A DNA stretch of 64,000 nt from an uncultured virus (IMG/VR IMGVR_UViG_3300042540_001015) (taxonomy: Duplodnaviria > Heunggongvirae > Uroviricota > Caudoviricetes), in IMG/VR virus record IMGVR_UViG_3300042540_001015, one strand, 5' to 3'. Positions 51,611-60,825 of the stretch are shown here, piece by piece; position 1 is the stretch's first letter; each line of letters opens with the position of its first letter. Under the pieces are notes generated by a model. It was not told the DNA's origin, searched no databases, and saw only the letters and a list, made by a program, of their open reading frames with translations. The position numbers and the translations under genes are program-made.

Positions 51611-52909
51611 ATGCGAATGAACTCTCGCCCGCCGTCCGCGACGACGCACGAGGGCGGCACTGCAAAACGGATCACGCCGTCGCAGGAACTCCGCCGCAGC
51701 GTCCTCTCCTGCCTCCTCTGGGAGAAGGAGTTCTACGAGGACGGCGAATCGATCGCCGATCGGATCGACTCGCTCTGCGAGAAGGTCGAGCCTCGCGAGG
51801 TCGCTCTCCTGGCCGTCCAGGCTCGAAACGAGTTTCACCTCCGCCACGTCTCTTTGCTCCTCGCGGCCTGCCTTGCCAAGCGGACCGGCGGCCCGATCGT
51901 GGCCGCGACGATCCACGGCGTCGTTCAACGCGCCGACGAGTTGGCCGAGTTCCTCGCGATCTATTGGAGGAAAGGCCGCTGCTCGCTCTCGAATCAGGTG
52001 AAGAAGGCCCTCGCGGCCGCGTTCCAGAAGTTCAACGCGTACCAACTCGGCAAATACAACCGCGACGGTGCGATAAAACTCCGCGACGTCCTGTTCCTCG
52101 TCCACGCGAAGCCGAAGGACGACGAACAGGCGGCCACCTGGAAGCGGCTCGTCGACGGCACCCTGGAGTCTCCGGACACCTGGGAGGTCGCTCTGTCGTC
52201 CGGTGCCGACAAGAAGGAGACGTTCGAGAGGCTCCTGAGCGAGCGGAAACTCGGATACCTCGCCCTGCTTCGCAACCTGCGGAACATGGCCGAGGCTGGA
52301 TGCTACGAGCCGCTCGTGAAGACCGCGATCCTGTCGCGGATCGGCGCGGATCGGATTCTGCCGTTCCGGTACGTCGCGGCGGCTCGCGCCTGCCCGCAGA
52401 TGGAGCCGACGCTCGACATCGCTCTCCTGGCGTCGATCTCCGAGTTGCCCACGCTCGAAGGGAAGACGATCGTCCTCGTCGACGTCTCGGGATCGATGGA
52501 CGCCCCGCTCTCCGAGCGAAGCGACATGACTCGAATGGACGCGGCGGCTGCCCTGGCTGCGATCATCCCCAGCCAAGACTTGCGAGTCTTCACGTTCAGC
52601 GACCGGACCGTCGAGGTTGCTCCGCGTCGAGGCATGGCTGGCGTCGACGCCGTGATCAACTCACAGCATCACAGCGGCACCTACCTCGGGCAGGCCGTGG
52701 TCGACGTGAGCCGCCACCCGCACGATCGCCTGATCGTGATCACAGACGAGCAGACGTTCGATCGAGTTCCGGAACCTTCGTGCGAGCACGCGTACATGAT
52801 CAATGTCGCCTCGAATCAGCGAGGCGTTGGCTACGGTGCCTGGACGCACCTGGACGGATTCAGCGAGAACGTCATCCGATACATGGTGGAACATGAACAA
52901 ATTTCTTGA
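51611..52909 (+). CDS. Ro60/TROVE-domain RNA-binding protein with C-terminal vWA domain
   Basis: THEGG, LRRSV.SCLLWE, RADE, YQL.KY, PDTWE, ALLRNLRN, LVDVSGSM, ITDEQ; AGGAGG RBS. Confidence 0.92.
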   Translation: MRMNSRPPSATTHEGGTAKRITPSQELRRSVLSCLLWEKEFYEDGESIADRIDSLCEKVEPREVALLAVQARNEFHLRHVSLLLAACLAKRTGGPIVAATIHGVVQRADELAEFLAIYWRKGRCSLSNQVKKALAAAFQKFNAYQLGKYNRDGAIKLRDVLFLVHAKPKDDEQAATWKRLVDGTLESPDTWEVALSSGADKKETFERLLSERKLGYLALLRNLRNMAEAGCYEPLVKTAILSRIGADRILPFRYVAAARACPQMEPTLDIALLASISELPTLEGKTIVLVDVSGSMDAPLSERSDMTRMDAAAALAAIIPSQDLRVFTFSDRTVEVAPRRGMAGVDAVINSQHHSGTYLGQAVVDVSRHPHDRLIVITDEQTFDRVPEPSCEHAYMINVASNQRGVGYGAWTHLDGFSENVIRYMVEHEQIS

Positions 52910-53079
52910 TCAAGTCTTCGCGGTCCTCGTCGCCCTCGGCATCTACGCAGCCGAGGGCGGCATCGTGATGCTCGCCTGGAACGCAAGCGTTCCCGCCCTG
53001 TTCGGGATGCCCACGGCGACCTGGGTGAACGGCGTCGGCCTCATTTTCCTGGCGAATGCGACGCTTCGACGACGTCCTA

Positions 53080-53108
53080 TTGACAAGCGGCCGCGATAGG
53101 GATATCTT
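53080..53108 (+). promoter_or_regulatory. sigma70-like promoter
   Basis: TTGACA-17-TATCTT. Confidence 0.5.
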
Positions 53109-53137
53109 TGGGCATCACCTTCAAGGAGATGCCAGAG

Positions 53138-53503
53138 ATGACCAAGCACGACGAGATTCAGACGATCAAGAAGTTCGTGGCGGCCCTGCCTGAGAACACC
53201 TATCTTCGTTCGGCCCTGGAGCCGTTCGTCCTGGAGTTCGAGCAGGGTATCTACTCCGACATCGTCCCCTCGCTCCGCGAGTCGTGGAACGAGCGGATCG
53301 AGGCCCAGCGAGAGGCCGCCGAGGCGAAGCGGGCAGTCGAAGCCCTTCGCCGCGAGCAGTCGAAACTTGAGGAAGCCGTCGTCGGCCAACTCCGTCGCAT
53401 CGAGAACGCTGCCGGTCTGTTTCGCGACATCGAACAGGTCGTCGGCTCTGCGAAGTTCGCCGCCGATCGCGTCGCGTCATCCGCCCGATCCCTTCTTTCT
53501 TGA
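53138..53503 (+). CDS. hypothetical coiled-coil protein
   Basis: AAGGAG upstream; start could be 53129 or 53138. Confidence 0.6.
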   Translation: MTKHDEIQTIKKFVAALPENTYLRSALEPFVLEFEQGIYSDIVPSLRESWNERIEAQREAAEAKRAVEALRREQSKLEEAVVGQLRRIENAAGLFRDIEQVVGSAKFAADRVASSARSLLS

Positions 53504-53517
53504 GGAGTTGTACGGAC

Positions 53518-53910
53518 ATGAGCACCCCGCTGAAGGACCCGTTTTTCATTTCTTCCTGGCTGACTCCTGCCGTCCGGGTTGCCGACGCCGTCATCTCGAT
53601 TGAGTACGGCGACGCGACCCCGGACGGCCGCGTCCGCTACCGCTACGTCATCGAGTTCCCCTGCCACTCATGCCACCGTGGGGACGACCTGAAGAGCGGC
53701 GTCGGCGGAGGGGCGCTGAAGCAGGGGATGGAGTCCCTGCTCTCGTTTCTCTCGGCGTGCGGAGAGTCAAACAGGCCGGGGCGCAGGGGCGAGAACGCCG
53801 ACCTGTTCCCGCCCATCGTGGCCGAGTGGTGCTACGAGAATCAGGACGAAATCGAGTTGGTTCGCACTCAGATCGAGGAAACGGAGGACTGCTGCGTTGA
53901 GTCTCGTTAG
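53518..53910 (+). CDS. hypothetical protein
   Basis: GAGGAG upstream; DDLKSG...SLLSFL.AC.E...ENADLFP. Confidence 0.6.
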   Translation: MSTPLKDPFFISSWLTPAVRVADAVISIEYGDATPDGRVRYRYVIEFPCHSCHRGDDLKSGVGGGALKQGMESLLSFLSACGESNRPGRRGENADLFPPIVAEWCYENQDEIELVRTQIEETEDCCVESR

Positions 53911-54088
53911 GGTAACGCCCGACTGGTACGAGTCTCGCGACGGTCGCTACTGCGTCCTTCGTGTCGGCTCGAAGTGGGCACTCGCGGCGTTCAACGGACA
54001 GCGGTGGGTATCGGAGTCATTCCGCAGCAAAAGGGAGGCTGCGGCGGAGGTTGCACGGAGGCTGACGCAGGAACGGACAAACGCGTAG
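53897..54088 (+). CDS. small hypothetical protein
   Basis: GGAGG RBS; YES.DGRY...F.SK.EA. Confidence 0.5.
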   Translation: MSLVRVTPDWYESRDGRYCVLRVGSKWALAAFNGQRWVSESFRSKREAAAEVARRLTQERTNA

Positions 54089-54094
54089 GAGGGA

Positions 54095-54582
54095 AGGCAT
54101 GGACACCGCCTTATTAGATTAACGCTCCACCGTGAGCGTCAGCGGCTGCGATTCACGGCCGCATCGGTCGCCCAGTCGAGAGGTGGCGAGTAACGCTCGA
54201 CGAAACCATTGGTGTATCTCCTGGCGCAGGGCGGCTTCGGCCGCCCTGCGTTTGGGGAGGCCACGACGAGACTTCGGTGGAAATCTTCGGCGCGACCCGC
54301 CGGAGTGTTCGGTAGGGCGAACTGGCTGAGAAATCAGTCCCCTCTAAAAGCAACAAAAAATCTTCGGCGTAATCCGTCGGAGTGTTCGGTAGGGCGAACC
54401 GGCAGAGCGATCTGCCCCCACTAAGATGCGGTATTAGCAACTGCCCGGCAGGGCCAGGTGAAGTCTCAAGAGCGCAGGGCGGCGCGAAGGACGCGATGGG
54501 CTGCTCTCTCAGCCCAAATCGTCCTAAAGAGGCCAGCGGCTGATATTCGCTGGCCTCTTCGGCCGCCCTGCGTTTTTCTTTC
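54095..54582 (+). ncRNA. large structured intergenic RNA candidate with a tandem 67-nt motif, ending in a stem plus U-tract
   Basis: many hairpins with UUCG/GNRA loops; covarying repeats at 54281-54347 and 54358-54424; duplicated GCGCAGGGCGGC/GCCGCCCTGCGT stem. Confidence 0.6.
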
Positions 54583-54634
54583 TTGCCAATGCACCGGCGT
54601 CGTGCTATACTGCATCACCACGAGGAGGGTCGCA

Positions 54635-55159
54635 ATGAAATTCAAGGTCTTGAAAGTCACCGAGGAGGGCCACTGCGAGAAGTGTGGTCGCCCTTGTCCG
54701 CGTCGCCGCGTGCTCGTGCAGCCGCTCGACGCCGATGGCAACCCGAATGCCGAGCCGCAGGCCTGGGGCGTCAACTGCGCCGCCGAGGCGAAGTACGGCA
54801 AGAAGACGGCGAAACTCCAACAGACGATCCTGTTCGAGGCCGAGAACGCCGAGCGGGAGCGAGTGCTGACGGAGAAGGGTTGGCTGGACCGCGTCGTGAA
54901 GGTCGGCGAGCCTGTTGTGTTGTGGGTGCCCGGCATGGGACGTTCGTTCCTCGTCGACCCGCCGACGACCATAGAGGAGGCAAAGAGCCTCGCGAACAGG
55001 AAGTACAACTCCTGCCGTGCGAGCCTCGTCGGCTCCTACTTCGCGCAGCGTGGCGAGGTGGAGGTCGTGCGGGTCGACGCTCTGAGGGTAGGTCAGGCGA
55101 AGTTCTTCGAGTCTCAGGGTTTCGTTCGAGTCTCAGAGCCAGTGGCGGAGGCGATATGA
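54635..55159 (+). CDS. hypothetical early protein with Zn-finger-like N-terminus
   Basis: CEKCGR...WGVNCA; GAGGAG RBS after the promoter. Confidence 0.7.
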   Translation: MKFKVLKVTEEGHCEKCGRPCPRRRVLVQPLDADGNPNAEPQAWGVNCAAEAKYGKKTAKLQQTILFEAENAERERVLTEKGWLDRVVKVGEPVVLWVPGMGRSFLVDPPTTIEEAKSLANRKYNSCRASLVGSYFAQRGEVEVVRVDALRVGQAKFFESQGFVRVSEPVAEAI

Positions 55160-55587
55160 ACGGCTACGGCAAAAAAGGCGGCATCGGCCCGACGAAGGGA
55201 CGGAAGGCGACCAACTACACGGCCGTTGCCCCGGACGGCACCGTCGTGAAAACGAAGTCATTCTTCGTGAGCAATCGCGACGCCCAGGTGGCGATCGTGA
55301 GGGCCGACGACGGCAGGTGGCTCGTCCTCGACGTGCGACGCCTGGATGACGGCTGGGAGAACTCCCCCGCCGAGGGCGTGCCCGGGCGTGTCGTCGTCCA
55401 GTGTGTCGCAGCCCCGAAGGCTGGCTTCCGTTTTCTCCACCGGCACTACCTCGCGGCCGACTGCAAGGCTCCGGCGGAGTTCGAGGTGACGGCCGTCCGT
55501 CGCGGCTTCGTCTACTACCGGCCCGTCGACGGAGGTGCTCCGCTGTGCTGCCCGATCGAGGACTTCTACACGAGGTACGTCAAATGA
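55156..55587 (+). CDS. hypothetical early protein
   Basis: ATGA overlap, GGAGG RBS. Confidence 0.6.
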   Translation: MNGYGKKGGIGPTKGRKATNYTAVAPDGTVVKTKSFFVSNRDAQVAIVRADDGRWLVLDVRRLDDGWENSPAEGVPGRVVVQCVAAPKAGFRFLHRHYLAADCKAPAEFEVTAVRRGFVYYRPVDGGAPLCCPIEDFYTRYVK

Positions 55588-56048
55588 AAATCCGCAGCAT
55601 CAAAATCGTGAACGAGACGTGCTGGTCGACCGACCACCTCTGGGCGTTCGTCCGGCCGCTCGTGATCCAGGAACTCGACAAGGAGAAGTGGAAGGGCCTC
55701 GTCATCACGTTCACGCCCAGGCGAAGCCAGCGTCGCAGCGAGTGGCGATCCGACGGCGAGGCGTGGTGCTGGTGCTCAGGTTGGGCCAGTTGGAGAGACC
55801 ACACGATCGCGATCCGCGTGCCCACGAAGTTCGAGCAACTCACGGCTCGCGAGAAGGTCGAACTCGCGGCCGTGATCGCGCACGAGTTGTGGCACATCAA
55901 CTCTCGCCGAGGCGGGAAGGCGGTCGAGGTCGCGATGCGGCGGAGCATCAAGTACGGGCGACCGAAGACGCCCGAGGCCCGCCAGGAACAGGCTGTCCAG
56001 TACGCCTGGGCGGCTGCCCTGCCCCTGGAAAAGGCCTGTGTGTCATAG
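55584..56048 (+). CDS. HEXXH metallopeptidase-like protein
   Basis: VIAHELWH; ATGA overlap. Confidence 0.6.
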   Translation: MKIRSIKIVNETCWSTDHLWAFVRPLVIQELDKEKWKGLVITFTPRRSQRRSEWRSDGEAWCWCSGWASWRDHTIAIRVPTKFEQLTAREKVELAAVIAHELWHINSRRGGKAVEVAMRRSIKYGRPKTPEARQEQAVQYAWAAALPLEKACVS

Positions 56049-56136
56049 AGACTTGCCCCACACTTGCAATGCACCGGGGTCGGTGCTATACTCTTGGGGT
56101 CGGGCCGAAACACTCAAACTCAGGAGACGAGACACA

Positions 56137-57225
56137 ATGAGCACCGCAATCGCAACCGCCGCCTGGAAGTCGTACAAGACCGGCGTCGAGATCAACGGAT
56201 GGAAGATCGTCGAGATCGTCCGCAAGACGACGACCAAGGGCTACCGGACGCGAGTCTTCACTCTCGAATGTCTGGACACGGGTCGCCGGGTCCGCAAGTC
56301 GAGCCGAGGCATCACGCTCTTCGCCGAGGGCCAGCCGATCGACTTCGTCGAGCAGCCCGTCGTCGAGGTCGAGCCGGTCGTCGAGGCGAAGCCGGAGCCG
56401 GTAGTGGCGGTCGCCCCTGGCGAGGTCCGGCACGCCAACTACCCCGCCCTCCTGCGGTGCGTGGCCGCTCGCGTCAACGTGTGGCTCGTCGGCCCCGCCG
56501 GGAGCGGCAAGACGTCCGCAGCCGAGAACGTGGCCCGCGACCTGGGGCTCAAGTTCTACTCGAAGAGCGTCGGCCCGCAGACGAGCGAGTCGGCCCTCCT
56601 GGGCTACCAGGACGCCAACGGGCGGACGGTCCGGACGCTCCTCCGCGAGGCGTTCGAGCACGGCGGCGTGTTCCTCCTCGACGAGGTCGACGCTGGCAAC
56701 CCGGGCGTCCTCGTCGTGGTCAACAACCTCACAGCCAACGATTCGTGTGCCTTCCCGGACGCGGTCGTGAAGAAGCACCCAGACTTCGTGCTCGTGGCCG
56801 GGGCCAACACGATCGGCCAGGGTGCCGATCGCCAGTATGTCGGACGCAGCCAGATCGACGCGGCCACGCTCGATCGGTTCGCGAACCTCGTCTGGGACTA
56901 CGACCCGGGCATCTTCGCCGTCGCCGCCGGAGTCTCGCTCGACGCCCTCAGCGAGTTCCCTAAGCCGTCGGCCGTCCGGTTCGAGGCGAACGTCACCACG
57001 GCCCAGGCCGAGGCCCGCGTCGTCGAGTACGTCCAGACGGTCGTCCGGGCGTTCAACGCGGCGGCGGGCTTCGGCAAAGCCGTCCGGGTGATCATCGGGA
57101 CCCGCGCCGCGAAGCACGGGGCCGCCCTGATCCGCCAGGGCTTCTCGGTGGCCGACGCCCTCGACGCCTGCCTGTGGAAGGGCCTGGATGCCGACACCCG
57201 GGCCAAGATCGAGTCCTGCTTGTAA
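56137..57225 (+). CDS. MoxR/CobS-like AAA+ ATPase
   Basis: GPAGSGKT, LLDEVD, HPDF...ANT.G.G, DAATLDRF. Confidence 0.88.
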   Translation: MSTAIATAAWKSYKTGVEINGWKIVEIVRKTTTKGYRTRVFTLECLDTGRRVRKSSRGITLFAEGQPIDFVEQPVVEVEPVVEAKPEPVVAVAPGEVRHANYPALLRCVAARVNVWLVGPAGSGKTSAAENVARDLGLKFYSKSVGPQTSESALLGYQDANGRTVRTLLREAFEHGGVFLLDEVDAGNPGVLVVVNNLTANDSCAFPDAVVKKHPDFVLVAGANTIGQGADRQYVGRSQIDAATLDRFANLVWDYDPGIFAVAAGVSLDALSEFPKPSAVRFEANVTTAQAEARVVEYVQTVVRAFNAAAGFGKAVRVIIGTRAAKHGAALIRQGFSVADALDACLWKGLDADTRAKIESCL

Positions 57226-57274
57226 TGCACCGGCATCGGTGCTATACTCACCCCACCACCAGGAGAACGAAGAC

Positions 57275-58105
57275 ATGATCGTCCGATTCGACTCTTTCGA
57301 GAAGTTCATCGAGCAGGCCCTCGTCGTGCCCAAGAAGCAAGACTCGTCGAGCAGCCGCCAGACGCGGGAAGGCAAGGACCCGTGGCATGGGACCAACACT
57401 TTCGAGCAGGCCGTAGAGATCGCCAAAAAGGGCTGGGCCGAGGGTGCCGCCGAGGCCCTCAAGATTCGGGCCGCCGTCGAGGCCGCCGTCCGCGACCTGA
57501 TCAACGCCCGCTCTACGGTCTACTCCTACGACGTCGCTGGGGAGTTCGTGGACGTGGGCCGGTTCCTGTCGGGCGAGCCGGAGTGCTTTGGGATCGAGTT
57601 CAACGACGGCGGCTCGATCGCTCGCCCCGTGGTGAAGATCGTCGCGAATCTCGCCGCCAGCGGCTCGGTGACGCCAAAGTCCCTGTTCATCCGGGGCGCG
57701 GCCATCGTGGCCGCCATCGACATCCTGGAGGCCCTGGGGCGTCGCGTAGAGGCCTGGGTGGCCCACGGGTCAGCCAGGGGCCGTGGCGTCAACGCCGGTG
57801 CCCACGAGACTCATGTCCTGGTGAAGAGGGCAGACCAGCCCCTGGACGTCGACCGGCTGGCGTTCGCGGTCGCTCACCCGGCCTGCCTGCGTCGGCTCTG
57901 CTTCTCGGTCATGGAGCAGCACGGCCACCTTGCTAACTCCACCTACCCGCACCGGGTGACGGTCGAGGGGGACGCGATCGTGACCGAGCACTCCCTGCGG
58001 TCGGTCGACTTCTCGAAACGGGAACTGTTCGACCTCGTCTCTCGCATCTGCGGGCAGGCGGGCGTCGACATCCCGGAAAGCGAGATCGAGGCCCTCGCGT
58101 CATAG
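57275..58105 (+). CDS. vWA-like partner of the AAA ATPase
   Basis: DVAG..VDV.RFLSGEPEC...VK...PLD...AHP..LRR; adjacent to the AAA gene. Confidence 0.6.
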   Translation: MIVRFDSFEKFIEQALVVPKKQDSSSSRQTREGKDPWHGTNTFEQAVEIAKKGWAEGAAEALKIRAAVEAAVRDLINARSTVYSYDVAGEFVDVGRFLSGEPECFGIEFNDGGSIARPVVKIVANLAASGSVTPKSLFIRGAAIVAAIDILEALGRRVEAWVAHGSARGRGVNAGAHETHVLVKRADQPLDVDRLAFAVAHPACLRRLCFSVMEQHGHLANSTYPHRVTVEGDAIVTEHSLRSVDFSKRELFDLVSRICGQAGVDIPESEIEALAS

Positions 58106-58165
58106 CCCCCCTTGCAATGCACCGGGATCGGTGCTATACTGCACGCACCCAAGGAGACGCCGACA

Positions 58166-59101
58166 ATGGACCTCAGCAATTTCAACCCGATCGCGATCGA
58201 CCTGACCTACCTGGAGCGGCTCGCCGCCAAGACTCGCGCCTGGGAGGCCGTCGAGAAGGCGGCCGCCCGCGTCCTGGACGAAGCCGGGAAGCAAGTCTAC
58301 GTCCTGTCCGGCAGGTACGGCCGGTGGGTCACAATCCGCCGTGAGGTGACTCATCTCGCCGTGGCTCGCGGAGTCACCGAGGCTGAGGTCGCCCCGTACA
58401 TCCTGGAGGTCCCTGCGGCTCTGGCTGAGGGCCTCGCTCCGAAGTCGGCTCCGCTCCTAGCCGACGCCGAGATCGCCTGCGCAGCGGCCCGGGAAGCCTG
58501 CCGTGAGTGTGAAGACGAGTACGATCGCCGCCCCTGGGCCCGATACTGGCTCGTCGTCTCGTCCGACGGCCACATCCACCGCTCGTGCCACTGCTCGACG
58601 TGCAACAAGGGCAAGAACCGCACCCGGTTCGCCCTGGCGGCCTACCTGTCCGGCAAGCCTGTCGAGGAGGCCGTCGCCGACCTCGGCCCGGCCCTGTGCT
58701 CGGTCTGTTTTCCCGACGCCCCGGTCGAGTCGAAGGAACAGGCCCGCATCTCGTCCAGGCTCGCCCTGACGCTCGCCGAGGAGGGCTGTGAGGCCTTCCA
58801 GAAGGCCCGCCAGGAGGCAGCCGCCAAGGCCGCCCTGCGGTGCCCTGGCTCGGGCCAGCAAGGCGTCCCAGGCAGCCACCGGGCCTTCCACTCCTGCCCG
58901 GTCTGCGGCGAGTCTCAGCGGGCCACCCCGGGGGGCAAGTTCCGGCCTCACAAGCCTGCCCAGTTCTGGATCGAGAACGACGACTGGAAGGCCTGGACGG
59001 GCTCTGCCTGGGGGCCGAAGACGAAGGCCGCCCTGTACGGGTCGTTCGGGGAGGCGGAGGCCGTGGCGGCTCAGGTGGGCGGGAAAACAAGGCGGAAATA
59101 G
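58166..59101 (+). CDS. Cys/His-rich hypothetical early protein
   Basis: GHIH.S..CSTC...LCSVCFPDAP, CPGSG...CPVCG; AAGGAG RBS. Confidence 0.7.
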   Translation: MDLSNFNPIAIDLTYLERLAAKTRAWEAVEKAAARVLDEAGKQVYVLSGRYGRWVTIRREVTHLAVARGVTEAEVAPYILEVPAALAEGLAPKSAPLLADAEIACAAAREACRECEDEYDRRPWARYWLVVSSDGHIHRSCHCSTCNKGKNRTRFALAAYLSGKPVEEAVADLGPALCSVCFPDAPVESKEQARISSRLALTLAEEGCEAFQKARQEAAAKAALRCPGSGQQGVPGSHRAFHSCPVCGESQRATPGGKFRPHKPAQFWIENDDWKAWTGSAWGPKTKAALYGSFGEAEAVAAQVGGKTRRK

Positions 59102-59190
59102 GCCCTGTGTCATAGGGCTTGACAATGCACCGGGGTCGGTGCTATAATTGGGGCAGACGGGACGAGAAACCAATCACCAGGAGACGAGAC

Positions 59191-59463
59191 ATGACCAAGG
59201 CCGCCAAGAGCAAGTACCAGCCGGTTGTCGGCGATCGAATCACCAGGAATCTTTCCGTTGTCTACGGCAAAAACGGCAAGCCTGACGTCACCGATTTGTG
59301 GGGCCCTCGCCGAGGCACGTTCGTCGACGAAGACGGCCAGAAGTTCTTTCTCTACGTTCCGTCCCGGGGATGTTTGCACAGCCTGAATGTCTCCGCGACG
59401 GTTCGTTGGGTCACCGAGGAAGGCATCGTCCTTCTCTCCAATGTTCGCCTCAAGAAGTCCTGA
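59191..59463 (+). CDS. hypothetical early protein
   Basis: AGGAGA RBS after the promoter. Confidence 0.6.
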   Translation: MTKAAKSKYQPVVGDRITRNLSVVYGKNGKPDVTDLWGPRRGTFVDEDGQKFFLYVPSRGCLHSLNVSATVRWVTEEGIVLLSNVRLKKS

Positions 59464-59510
59464 TTGTCCGGATACAAGAACCGCCACCCCCTCAACAAGG
59501 AGACTTACCA

Positions 59511-59795
59511 GTGAGCACCCCTCCCTTCATCGAGTTCATCGAGTTCTTCGACGCCAAGGGTATCCGCACGGCCAAACTGGTCTGCAAAGACTTGCCGGAC
59601 GGCTTCGGCTGCCGCATCACCCGCGAGGAGACCGTCGGCCTGAACGGCGAGACGTTCGTCGGCTACGTCCGCAAGACGAAGGCCTACGGCAAGGGCTCGA
59701 TTCGGTACGTCCTGCATGGCACCCTGGAGTCGGCCTACGAGGCGGCCGTGGCCTGGGCGAGGCGGAAGGTGGCCGAGGCGGCCCGTGTGTCATAG
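59511..59795 (+). CDS. hypothetical early protein
   Basis: AAGGAGA RBS, GTG start. Confidence 0.6.
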   Translation: MSTPPFIEFIEFFDAKGIRTAKLVCKDLPDGFGCRITREETVGLNGETFVGYVRKTKAYGKGSIRYVLHGTLESAYEAAVAWARRKVAEAARVS

Positions 59796-59873
59796 CCCCT
59801 TGACAATGCACCGATGCCGGTGTATACTGCACCCAGACGACAACGAGACACCACTAACCAGGAGACTTGAGAC

Positions 59874-60362
59874 ATGGCCGCATTCAAGAAGATCACGATC
59901 AGCCCCGAGTCGACGAACCACTGCGACAACGCCGAGAACGTCGCGTACCTGTACCGGGGCTACTACATCTGGAAGGCCGGAGAGAGCGGCCTGTTCGATG
60001 CCTGGAACTTCGCCCCAGCCGTCTACCACACCCCCAAGGCCGCGCTGGGCGAGACGTTCGAGCCCTACTGGGACGACGACGGCGACACGGAGAGCGCCGC
60101 GACTCGCAGTTCCTGCATCAAGGCGATCGACCGGAAGTTCGAGAACGGCACGGCCAAGTTCTTCGCCGGTTACGACCCGGACGCCGAGAAGAACGTCACG
60201 ATCACCGTGTCGTTCAACGACGCCCGGGCGATCCTGGCGGCCCTGAGCCGTCGCTGCGACGAACTTGCCAGCCTTGGCGGCCCGCAGGCCGACGAGTTGC
60301 TGGCCGAGACCAAGGCCATCTACCAAGACATCGACCGGCAGGCCTTCCATCCGCAGTCCTGA
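59874..60362 (+). CDS. hypothetical early protein
   Basis: AGGAGA RBS after the promoter. Confidence 0.65.
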   Translation: MAAFKKITISPESTNHCDNAENVAYLYRGYYIWKAGESGLFDAWNFAPAVYHTPKAALGETFEPYWDDDGDTESAATRSSCIKAIDRKFENGTAKFFAGYDPDAEKNVTITVSFNDARAILAALSRRCDELASLGGPQADELLAETKAIYQDIDRQAFHPQS

Positions 60363-60405
60363 TCGCCCGGATGCACACACCACCCTCAACAAAGGAGACC
60401 TACCC

Positions 60406-60825
60406 GTGAAGACAAAGACCGTAAAAACCGAAGCCGACATTTTCCACAACCGCGTCGTCGAGACCTTGAAGGAGATCAAGGCCAACTTCGAGGAGGCCAA
60501 GAAGGACTTCCTCGACTGGGCCAAGAAGAACCCGGCCACTGCCATCGAGGACCGTGGGTCGCACGTCGCAGCCTGCCAGGAGTACCACGTCAGGGCCGAG
60601 CGTCTGCGTCACTTCCTGGGGCTCGTGGGGGCGAAGTATGGGTACGCCACCCGCAAGGAGGCCGTGCAGGCCTGCCTGGACGAGGCCCGCGAGGTCCTGA
60701 TCCGCGAGGCGGCCAGCGGCAACTCGTCGTGCAACGTGGCGAACGGCATCGATCAGGCCCGCCGTCGTGGCCTCTACGACGCCGTGCGGACGTTCGAGAA
60801 CCTTGTCGACCACGAGTTCATCTGA
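60406..60825 (+). CDS. hypothetical early protein
   Basis: AAGGAGA RBS, GTG start. Confidence 0.6.
   Translation: MKTKTVKTEADIFHNRVVETLKEIKANFEEAKKDFLDWAKKNPATAIEDRGSHVAACQEYHVRAERLRHFLGLVGAKYGYATRKEAVQACLDEAREVLIREAASGNSSCNVANGIDQARRRGLYDAVRTFENLVDHEFI

Noticed and set aside
54175..54206. Hammerhead ribozyme (stem followed by GAAAC)
   Set aside because: No CUGANGA core precedes the stem.
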